NCBI GenBank assembly: GCA_036407055.1
Contig: DASWZY010000062.1
Location: forward strand, 1 to 50,737
DNA length: 50,737 nt
Source: Candidatus Binatia bacterium
GTDB taxonomy: Bacteria; Desulfobacterota; Binatia; UBA9968
Direction of reading: 5' to 3'
Below are positions 43,753-50,737 of the stretch, piece after piece. Position 1 is the stretch's first letter. Each line of letters opens with the position of its first letter. Made by a program: the position numbers and the translations under genes. The notes beneath the pieces were generated by a model, which worked only from the letters and a program-made list of their open reading frames with translations, had not been told where the DNA came from and did not search any database.

Positions 43753-45366
43753 ATGCACCGTCACATTTCATTGCCCGCACCGCCGCGCGTCAGAGCGATT
43801 AGAAAGCCTCGTTCAGGTACCGTGAAATATATAACGCACTTTCCTACACCGGTCCTTACTGACCTCGTGAACGGCCGCTGGTTGCCAACCGTAGGGGCAG
43901 GACTATCACGCAACGCGGTTACTCCGGACGGTAAGCCGATTCCCTTATGGAGTGAGCTCGGTGATCAGGTAAACAAAGATCTCGGAGATTACTCTCCTAC
44001 CGGCCCCATTGATGCGCTATCTGCATTCGAACATGAGTTTGGACGGCCGAAACTTATTGAGAGATTGGCCGATCTATTGCGCGTAGACATCGCCCGGCCA
44101 GGTGATGCACACAAGGCGTTCTGTAAATTGCCTTTTGAGCTTGTTTGCACAACGAATTTCGATTTTCTACTCGAACGGCAGTATGAAATTATCCCTCGAC
44201 ATTGCACACCCCTCATTGAGGAGGATCAACTCTCAGTAAACCTCGACAAATCAGGTACAGGTCTTCTTAAATTACATGGCGATCTCAATCATCCGACGCG
44301 TCTTGTAGTCACAGAAGCCGACTATGATTCTTTTCTTGAACGATTTCCACTTTTAGCAACTTTCCTCGCAAATCTTCTGATCACCCGGACAGCAGTGCTT
44401 ATAGGTTATAGTCTCGATGATCCAGATTTTCGCCAGATATGGCAGGTTGTAGGCGAACGACTTGGCCGATCACGACGGATCGCCTACGTCATTATGGTTG
44501 GAGCTAAGCCATCGGACATAGCACGTTTTGAACGGAGGGGTGTGAAAACAATCAATCTTCCTGGCAGTCGAAATCGCTATGGGGAAGTACTCACCAGTGT
44601 ATTCAATGAACTTTACGAATACTGGCAAGAGCGAGTTATTCCAGCCAGTAGGGTGAGAGAAGAAGAGCCCCTTCGGCAGCTTTCGCTTCCACGCGATGCT
44701 AATACCCGCCTCTGTTATTTTGCAATACCTCTGGCGCTTGAGCCGTTTTATCGTGAACGAGTGTTCCCAATCGTTCGCGAAGTGGGGTTCGTCCCGGTTA
44801 CCGCCGACGATATAGTTTCACCCGGGGATAATATAATAGCCAAGATTGATGCACTCTTGGAACGTGCTCTTCTTGCAGTTGTTGAGGCCGCAACCGCAGC
44901 AACTTTGTCTGAACTTCAGCTCGCCATGATGCGACTTGGCTCTGAACGGGTTCTGGTAATTACTCCCGAAGGATCACGTCCTCCGATACAGATCGGCCAG
45001 CCTTATTCCATCTCGCGTCCAGAAATGACAACAGTAGACCCCGTCGACTTCCTGATGCGACTCAGGGAATGGTTCGAAGTCGCGGCTAAAATTCACTTGG
45101 CCGCGTTTTCAGGAGAACCCAGTCGCCTTCTCATGGTCAAAGCTCCAACGTCGCGCGTGGTCTCACTCCGACAAATGCTTGATTTTGTCGTTCAGCAAGG
45201 GCTTGTTTCTCAAGACGACACCGCGAACATTATCGATTGGCTCCGCATTCGGAATGAAGCCGTGCACAGTAGAAAGGTAATACAACGCGATACCGCTGAG
45301 GAGATTGTTTCTGGGGTCTTAGCAATCGTGAAACGAATGAATGATCAATTTGGGGTGAAAGGCTGA
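43753..45366 (+). CDS. SIR2-family (SIR2_2-type) protein fused to a TIR/nucleoside-deoxyribosyltransferase-like Rossmann module and a C-terminal HEPN-like (Rx4H) domain
   Basis: SIR2 motifs are LPTVGAGLS, TTNFDFLLE (Asn135), LLKLHGDLNHP (His175) and LIGYSLDDPDF. The middle region is CYFAIP...VFPIVREVGFVPVTADDI...IIAKIDALLERALLAVVEAA...LVI. The C-terminus has WLRIRNEAVHS (R500-x4-H505, nt 45250-45267). The start is uncertain: ATG 43753, or GTG 43822 preceded by a 31-codon ORF at 43707..43802. Confidence 0.7.
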   Translation: MHRHISLPAPPRVRAIRKPRSGTVKYITHFPTPVLTDLVNGRWLPTVGAGLSRNAVTPDGKPIPLWSELGDQVNKDLGDYSPTGPIDALSAFEHEFGRPKLIERLADLLRVDIARPGDAHKAFCKLPFELVCTTNFDFLLERQYEIIPRHCTPLIEEDQLSVNLDKSGTGLLKLHGDLNHPTRLVVTEADYDSFLERFPLLATFLANLLITRTAVLIGYSLDDPDFRQIWQVVGERLGRSRRIAYVIMVGAKPSDIARFERRGVKTINLPGSRNRYGEVLTSVFNELYEYWQERVIPASRVREEEPLRQLSLPRDANTRLCYFAIPLALEPFYRERVFPIVREVGFVPVTADDIVSPGDNIIAKIDALLERALLAVVEAATAATLSELQLAMMRLGSERVLVITPEGSRPPIQIGQPYSISRPEMTTVDPVDFLMRLREWFEVAAKIHLAAFSGEPSRLLMVKAPTSRVVSLRQMLDFVVQQGLVSQDDTANIIDWLRIRNEAVHSRKVIQRDTAEEIVSGVLAIVKRMNDQFGVKG

Positions 45367-45395
45367 ATAGGCTCTTGTCATCAAGTAGGCCTGCA

Positions 45396-46616
45396 ATGAT
45401 ACTAACGAGAGAAGTCACAGATTTGCTGCTAATTAGCAAAGCTATTATCGATACCGTGAGATTTCAGCTTGGCGGTGCGCCGGATCGCCATTCTTTGGCT
45501 CTTCGCATTCTCGCGGCTCATGATGCTGCAGAACTGTGCCTTTCTGCTATCGGCAATGCCCGTGGAAAGATGCCGAATAAATCACAACGCTTTTTGATGG
45601 ATTACTTTGAACCCTTGAAAACATTGCATCCGAGGAGCGAAGTGGCGGGCAAAGAATACTTCAACCAGCTCAACAGGGTCAGAGTCGCTATTAAACATCA
45701 TGGTATCTTTCCAGATGCAAGGCAATGGGACACAGTAGGTGAAAATGTTTATAAGTACATGTCCAAATGGTGCGCTAAGTATCTAAGCGTTAATTTGGAG
45801 GATCTTGATGAATCAGTCTTACTAGAGAACGTGAAAGCCAAAGCGAATTATATCGAAGCAAAACAATGCGTCGAGCAACAAAGTTACAAAGGAGCTCTTG
45901 AGAATATCGCGTTAGCGTTACACATAATTTTGGACACAAACCCAGCCGTGCGCGGCTTAATGGTTGGATCTGCACATGCCGAAGATGCCATTAAGCTCGC
46001 GACGTTCGGAGTCCAAGCAAATGACTTCTTAACGCTGCAAAATTTCCTTCCGAAAATATTCTCTAGCGGCGAAGAACGTGGCGCCCATTGGGATCAGGAG
46101 CAATTTGGACACCCTGGAAACTGGAATAGAGAAACCTGTCTGTTTTGCCTGAAGGCATTCCTCGACGTGGCACTCAAGATTCAGCATGCACCGAAAATTC
46201 CTGGACCAACGAAATTCGGTGATGTTTACGAATACAAAATAACTGCGCTAAAGGATCGGACGGAAATTCGGAATTTTCCCGAAAGTCCCTACGGGATTGA
46301 TAAACATAAAATCTTAAAAACTCTGTCTCGCGGTGAATCAATAAGAGGAATCGTTACTGTATTAAAAAGTGACCCTCTGTTCGAATCAATTGTTTTAGGA
46401 ATACCTCCGCGAAAAACGGAACTCAAAATTGAATCGACGTCGGAGCATTTGAATGGCTTCGTTAAAGAAGAGGACGTTCATGTCACATGTGTACCAAAAC
46501 AGAATACTTATGTTAAAAGCTCTTTTCCTGATCTTCCTGAGATTAACTGGCAGAAAGGTCGAATGTTCGACTTGATCCGTACACGCTTTAAAGACTCGGA
46601 GGATTCGGCCGATTAG
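45396..46616 (+). CDS. Hypothetical protein with an N-terminal HEPN-like helical domain (Rx4H) and a C-terminal beta-rich region
   Basis: The helical N-terminus runs ..ILAAHDAAELCLSAIG.. and then LNRVRVAIKHHG (R-x4-H, nt 45681-45698). The gene begins 30 nt after the SIR2 stop (alternative TTG start at 45375). GC is about 40% by spot count. No family was recognised. Confidence 0.55.
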   Translation: MILTREVTDLLLISKAIIDTVRFQLGGAPDRHSLALRILAAHDAAELCLSAIGNARGKMPNKSQRFLMDYFEPLKTLHPRSEVAGKEYFNQLNRVRVAIKHHGIFPDARQWDTVGENVYKYMSKWCAKYLSVNLEDLDESVLLENVKAKANYIEAKQCVEQQSYKGALENIALALHIILDTNPAVRGLMVGSAHAEDAIKLATFGVQANDFLTLQNFLPKIFSSGEERGAHWDQEQFGHPGNWNRETCLFCLKAFLDVALKIQHAPKIPGPTKFGDVYEYKITALKDRTEIRNFPESPYGIDKHKILKTLSRGESIRGIVTVLKSDPLFESIVLGIPPRKTELKIESTSEHLNGFVKEEDVHVTCVPKQNTYVKSSFPDLPEINWQKGRMFDLIRTRFKDSEDSAD

Positions 46617-46671
46617 TCTTCGCGATTCGGCTGCCATTTGGGGATCAAACTATTCTGGAAAATCTCTATTA

Positions 46672-46881
46672 TAGCGCTCCGCTTGAAGCGTGAGTGCTGC
46701 ATCGACAACCCCCCGCTTGCTCTCTCCCCTTCTATATCGTAAGACTTCCCCCATGAAGCTCGGCGTCTTCGATCATTTGCAGAAGAACGACCGCCCGGAA
46801 TTGTCGTACCAGGACCTCTACGCGCGCCATCTCGACATGGTCGAGTACCTCGATCAGGCAGGGTTCGACCTGACGCGTTAG
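46672..46881 (+). pseudogene. Duplicated leader + first 42 codons of the LLM oxidoreductase gene (truncated copy)
   Basis: Positions 46672-46869 align to 47218-47450; the intact copy carries an extra insert of about 35 nt. MKLGVFDHLQKNDRPELSYQDLYARHLDMVEYLDQAGFD then diverges and stops at 46881. Confidence 0.8.
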
Positions 46882-46912
46882 ACGTCGAGCCGTCCTTAGT
46901 CTAATATACGAA

Positions 46913-47170
46913 ATGAGACGTAAGCAGCATACTAATGAGTTGCGCCCGGAGTACAACTTTGACTATTCCAAAGCTGTGCGTGGTAAGTATTACCGGCGCA
47001 TTTTGAAGGAGGGCGCGAACGTTGTCATCCTTGAACCCGACGTGGCCAAGGCGTTCCGCGACTCCGCTGCCGTCAACGATGCACTGCGTGTGCTTCTTGC
47101 CGCTGCCCGTTCATCCCGGCGCCCAACTTCCCGCCAAACACGGGCGTCGCGTCAACGCGCCGCCGGTTAG
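46913..47170 (+). CDS. Small antitoxin-like protein (EY.F.YSKAVRGKYY ... LEPDVAKAFRDSAAVNDALR signature), orphan
   Basis: 85 aa. The motif pair resembles small type II antitoxin-like proteins that I recall from other genomes. No cognate toxin ORF is visible next to it. Confidence 0.4.
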   Translation: MRRKQHTNELRPEYNFDYSKAVRGKYYRRILKEGANVVILEPDVAKAFRDSAAVNDALRVLLAAARSSRRPTSRQTRASRQRAAG

Positions 47171-47334
47171 TGGAACGTCTGGGCATCGGCGGTGAATTTT
47201 CTATTCGGACACCGTTTGTAGCGCGCTCCGCTCGAAGCGGTGAGCGCTGCATCGATGCCTGTTCCCGAGGCAACTGGCTCTTCTTTTCCCGCCCCCGCTT
47301 GCACCCTTCCCTTCTATATCGTAAGACTTCCCCC

Positions 47335-48459
47335 ATGAAGCTCGGCGTCTTCGATCACCTGCAGAAGAACGACCGCCCGGAATTGTCGTATCAGGACCTT
47401 TACGCGCGCCATCTCGACATGGTCGAGTATCTCGACCGGGCGGGGTTCGACTACTACTTCGTCGCCGAGCATCATTTCGATCTGGGCTTCGCCGAGTGCC
47501 CGAGCGCGGGCGCGTGGATGGCCGCGGCGTCGCAGCGCACCAAGCGCATCCGCCTGGGCCCGCTCGTCTACGTGCTGCCGCTCTGGCATCCGGTGCGCGT
47601 CGCGGAGGAAGTCGCGTTTCTCGACAACGTGACCGGCGGCCGGTACGAGTGCGGCATCGGCAGCGGCATCGGCAAGTACGCCTTCTCCGCCTACGACGCG
47701 CCGTGGGACGAGAAGAACGACGTCACCTGGGAGGCCTACAAGATCATCAAGGGCATGTGGAGCAACCCGGGCGGCTTCAGCCACCGGGGAAAATATTTCA
47801 AGGTCGACAACGCCGAGCTGAATATCCCCTTGGTGCAGAAGCCGCACCCGCCGCTGTGGATGCCGACGCGGAGCCCCGAATCGGTCGCGGCGGCGGCGCG
47901 CGAGGGCTTCAGCACCGTGCAGTGGTGCCCGCCCAAGATGGACGTCGTGCGCGAGATCTTCGATTATTTCCGCGAGACCTACCACAAGACGAAGCCCGCG
48001 GGCCCGCGGCCGAGCGTCGCGCTGATGCGCCAGATGTACGTCGGCGAGACCGACAAGAAAGCCTACGAGGAATCCAAGGACCACTGGATTTATTTCTGGC
48101 ACCGCGTCGGCGGCGGCCGGGCGTACGGCGGCTACGGCAACGAGAACCTCGCCAACATCACGCGCGAGGAGCGGAAGAAAGAGCTGCTCGACGTCGACAA
48201 CGCGATCCGCGAGGGCTCGTTCATCTGCGGCTCGCCCGAAACGGTCGTCAAGCAGATCGAGAAGATCGCCCGCGAGGCCGGCGCCGACACCTTCCTCGGC
48301 GAGTTCACCTTCGGCGCGCTGGAGCATGACCAGGTGATGCGGTCGCTCAAGCTCTTCGCCGAGCGCGTGATGCCCGAGCTGAAAAACTTGGCGATCGACG
48401 CGCTCGACTATCCCAAGAAGGGCTACCGCGTCTGGCTCAAGCCCTCGGCGACGGCGTAG
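47335..48459 (+). CDS. LLM-class (luciferase-like) flavin/F420-dependent oxidoreductase
   Basis: MKLGVFDHL...YYFVAEHHF...LGPLVYVLPLWHPVRVAEE is typical of luciferase-like monooxygenases. The ORF upstream of ATG 47335 is leader. Confidence 0.8.
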   Translation: MKLGVFDHLQKNDRPELSYQDLYARHLDMVEYLDRAGFDYYFVAEHHFDLGFAECPSAGAWMAAASQRTKRIRLGPLVYVLPLWHPVRVAEEVAFLDNVTGGRYECGIGSGIGKYAFSAYDAPWDEKNDVTWEAYKIIKGMWSNPGGFSHRGKYFKVDNAELNIPLVQKPHPPLWMPTRSPESVAAAAREGFSTVQWCPPKMDVVREIFDYFRETYHKTKPAGPRPSVALMRQMYVGETDKKAYEESKDHWIYFWHRVGGGRAYGGYGNENLANITREERKKELLDVDNAIREGSFICGSPETVVKQIEKIAREAGADTFLGEFTFGALEHDQVMRSLKLFAERVMPELKNLAIDALDYPKKGYRVWLKPSATA

Positions 48460-50009
48460 TACTTCCCTTCAGAATCCTGCGCGATCTTCTTTTCCCGGTT
48501 GAGCTTCCCGACGGCGGCGGCGATGTCGCCGAACTCCTCGCCGCGAAACGTCTCCAGAATGTCGGCGAAAAAGGCGTGCGACTTCGCGAGCGCGTTCAGC
48601 AGCCGCGCTTCGAGCGGGGACGCCGTCCCATTGCCGGGGCGTGATTTTTTCTCGTCGCCCTTCCCCGCCGCGTCGAGATAATTTTTTAGCTTGGCCTTGC
48701 CCTCGTTCAGATAGACGATGCGCTTGTAGCGCTCGCGCGGGACATTCTCCGGGATCGTCGCGTCGATGCCCATCTTCGCCGTCGTCGGTATGCCGCCGGC
48801 GACCGGCGGGAGCGAGGGGTCGAGCGGCTTGGAGCGCGCGTTGGCGACGATCAGCACGTCGCGGTCGGCCTGGACGCGCGTCGCGACCGCCCATTCGAGA
48901 TCGACCGGGTCGAAGACGTCGATGTCGTCGTCGGTCACGACGACGTGCTTGATGTCGGCGATCGAGAGCAGCGCCATGATCGCGTTCTTGCCGTCGCCGG
49001 GCGATTTTTTGATCGACGCGGCGATGTGCCAGTGGCAGCAGCCGCCGGGCGTCACGTTGACGGCGGTCGCCGTCACGCCCGCCTCGCGCAGCACGCGGTA
49101 CGCCGCCGCCTCGTAGATCGGCGCGCTCATCCAGATATTTTCCCACGGCATGTGGAGCGCGTAGTAGATCGGGTCTCTCCGCTGCATGACGGCCTTGATC
49201 TTCACGCGCGGGTTCATGTGCAGCCCGCCCATCAGGCGGTTGAATTCCGAGAACGGCCCCTCGGGATGGACCCAGCCCTCGGGCGGGATCTCGCCTTCGA
49301 GCACGATCTCGGCGTCGGCGATGCACGGCACCGGCACGGTCTCGCCCGGCGCGAGCTTCAGCGCCGCGCCGCGCATGCCGCCGGCGAAGCCGAGCTCGTT
49401 CTGCCCGAGCGCGGCCTTGAAGGTCGAGGCGATCATCTCGTAGGGATGGACGCCGATCGAGATCGAGATCGGCAGCGGCTTGCGCCGTTGCAAAGCGCGC
49501 TCGGCGTAGCGCCGGAGATTGTTCGGCGTGACGATGTCGATGCCGGTGACGTTTTTTTCCTTGATCATCAAGCGGTACATGCCCGCGTTCATGCCGTACT
49601 CGGGGTCTTCGGCGATGACGACGCCGCCGGTGATCATCGGGCCGCCGTCCATCAGGCTGAAGACGGGCACCGGCAATTTGTAGAGATCGACCTTGCCGCC
49701 GGTGTGAATCACATCCTTGACCGGCGCGCGCTTGGCGATCTTCGGCGCGATGGGCCGGTCCATCGCCGCGCGGAGCTTGCCTTCGATCGCGCGATAATCG
49801 ACGCCCATCGCGAGCGCGAGGCGCGCGCGCGAATTCAGCAAGCCGGAGACGACCGGCGTCGGGTAGCCGCGCGGGTGGGTGAAAAGCACCGCCTTGTCCG
49901 ACTGCGGCACGAGCGCGGCCAGGTTGCGCAGATCGACGGGGCGGGAAATCTCGACCAGCTCGCCGTGCTCGCGCAACGATTTGAGAAAACCTCTGAAGCT
50001 CGATTCCAT
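48423..50009 (-). CDS. UbiD-family decarboxylase
   Basis: MESSFRGFLKSLREHGELVEISRPVD is a typical UbiD N-terminus. HPEGPFSEF lies in the core. There is a C-terminal extension of about 90 aa. The 3' end overlaps the LLM gene by 37 nt. Confidence 0.8.
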   Translation of the reverse strand: MESSFRGFLKSLREHGELVEISRPVDLRNLAALVPQSDKAVLFTHPRGYPTPVVSGLLNSRARLALAMGVDYRAIEGKLRAAMDRPIAPKIAKRAPVKDVIHTGGKVDLYKLPVPVFSLMDGGPMITGGVVIAEDPEYGMNAGMYRLMIKEKNVTGIDIVTPNNLRRYAERALQRRKPLPISISIGVHPYEMIASTFKAALGQNELGFAGGMRGAALKLAPGETVPVPCIADAEIVLEGEIPPEGWVHPEGPFSEFNRLMGGLHMNPRVKIKAVMQRRDPIYYALHMPWENIWMSAPIYEAAAYRVLREAGVTATAVNVTPGGCCHWHIAASIKKSPGDGKNAIMALLSIADIKHVVVTDDDIDVFDPVDLEWAVATRVQADRDVLIVANARSKPLDPSLPPVAGGIPTTAKMGIDATIPENVPRERYKRIVYLNEGKAKLKNYLDAAGKGDEKKSRPGNGTASPLEARLLNALAKSHAFFADILETFRGEEFGDIAAAVGKLNREKKIAQDSEGKYYAVAEGLSQTR

Positions 50010-50101
50010 AGCATCCCCCAAAGTCCGCACCTTAGTCAGCCGGCTTCGGCGTGTCAACGCGCTCGCTTGACAACGCGCACCCGCGCGGATACGCCAGACT
50101 C

Positions 50102-50737
50102 ATGCGGCACTCCTTCGGCCTCACGCTGGCGAACCGCGGCGTCATCATCGGCGCTGTGAAGGCGCGCGATCTCATTCACATGACCGTGCAGGCGGAAGCA
50201 TCGGGCGCGTTCGACGCGGTGTGGGTCGGCGACAGTTTGCTGGCGAAGCCGCGCCTCGAATCGGTCGCGCTCTTGTCGGCGCTCGCGGCGGTGACGAAAA
50301 AAGTGCGCCTCGCCGTCGGCTGCATGGCGACGTTTCCGCACCGCCATCCGGTGCTGTTCGCGCAGCAATGGGCGAGCCTCGACGTGATCTCGGAGGGGCG
50401 GAGCTGGCTCGTCGTATGCATGGGCGGCCCCGACGAGCAGAGCAAGGCGCAGGCGCTGGAGCACGCGGTGATGGGCATTCAAGCGAAGGAGCGTCCGGCG
50501 CGGATGATCGAGGGGATCGAGATTTTACGGAAATTATTTGCGGAGAAGAACGCGTCGCATCACGGCAAGTTCTACAACTTCGACGGCGTGACGCTGGAGC
50601 CGCGGCCGGTGCAGCAGCCCTGCCCGATCTGGATCGCGAGCAACCCGACGGGGCTCACGTGGAAGGACGGCGCGAGCGCGCCGGGCGAGATCATCGAGCG
50701 GAGCTTCCGGCGCGTGGCGAAGTACGCGGACGGCTGG
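50102..50737 (+). CDS. LLM-class F420/flavin-dependent oxidoreductase, 3' end cut by the window edge
   Basis: This is not in the supplied ORF track because it is open-ended. My own translation from ATG 50102 gives MRHSFGLTLANRG...FDAVWVGDSLLAKPRLESVALLSALAA...HHGKFYNFDGVTLEPRPVQQPCPIWIASN with no stop to nt 50737. Confidence 0.75.
   Translation, partial: MRHSFGLTLANRGVIIGAVKARDLIHMTVQAEASGAFDAVWVGDSLLAKPRLESVALLSALAAVTKKVRLAVGCMATFPHRHPVLFAQQWASLDVISEGRSWLVVCMGGPDEQSKAQALEHAVMGIQAKERPARMIEGIEILRKLFAEKNASHHGKFYNFDGVTLEPRPVQQPCPIWIASNPTGLTWKDGASAPGEIIERSFRRVAKYADGW

Noticed and set aside
43707-43802. 31-codon ORF (MLTLAKEKLLAHGLLNAPSHFIARTAARQSD) between mrr and the SIR2 gene
   Set aside because: It is too short and lacks a Shine-Dalgarno sequence. 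It overlaps the ATG-43753 version of the SIR2 gene. It is noted only because it bears on the SIR2 start choice (ATG 43753 versus GTG 43822).
37560-47334. Integrase, transposase or recombinase that would explain the island
   Set aside because: None of the ORFs on either strand shows tyrosine- or serine-recombinase or DDE transposase motifs. Mobility is inferred only from the duplicated flanking-gene fragments.

Overview
Gene-dense, high-GC bacterial chromosomal fragment. Spot counts of single 60-nt lines gave about 68% GC in the flanks and about 40-48% inside the island. No rRNA, tRNA, CRISPR array, transposase or integrase was recognised. Taxonomy cannot be assigned from the sequence alone. 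(1) 1-13.4 kb holds two paralogous three-subunit molybdenum-hydroxylase operons (2Fe-2S small, Mo-binding large, FAD medium). The first is translationally coupled to a UbiD-family decarboxylase. The two operons are separated by a small polysaccharide-type cluster (FkbM methyltransferase, GT4, Caps_synth-like GT). That cluster is interrupted by an odd repeat-plus-CHAT/caspase-like protein flanked by direct repeats. (2) 13.4-23.2 kb is a redox neighbourhood. It contains three thiol-peroxidase-type genes, two of which the ORF track splits at an in-frame TGA lying exactly at the redox-active Cys position, so they are likely selenoproteins. It also contains a bcp / EgtB-like sulfoxide synthase / PhnD-like operon, a LysR regulator, a YgfZ/GcvT-like protein and a Rieske protein. 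(3) 23-37.5 kb is housekeeping and catabolic: NUDIX, HAD, SDRs, ThiI + radical SAM, PhtD-like decarboxylase, MocA-like, TctC, NMT1-type binding proteins, an ATP-grasp + Zn-peptidase pair, and a VOC-SBP-3-hydroxyanthranilate dioxygenase operon. (4) About 37.6-47.3 kb is a lower-GC island sitting between the divergent VOC and LLM genes. It is bounded and subdivided by decayed duplicates of the 5' ends of both flanking genes. It carries a MEDS / ECF sigma / ChrR-type anti-sigma / receiver module, an array of small zinc-ribbon paralogues and a ComEA-like protein. The most interesting item is a three-gene cassette: an Mrr nuclease, a SIR2-(TIR/NDT-like)-HEPN fusion, and a second protein with an Rx4H (HEPN-like) motif. 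I propose this cassette as a candidate uncharacterised anti-phage system. (5) 47.3-50.7 kb holds an LLM oxidoreductase, a second UbiD and a partial LLM. All calls rest on reading the translations by eye. No searches or computations were run.
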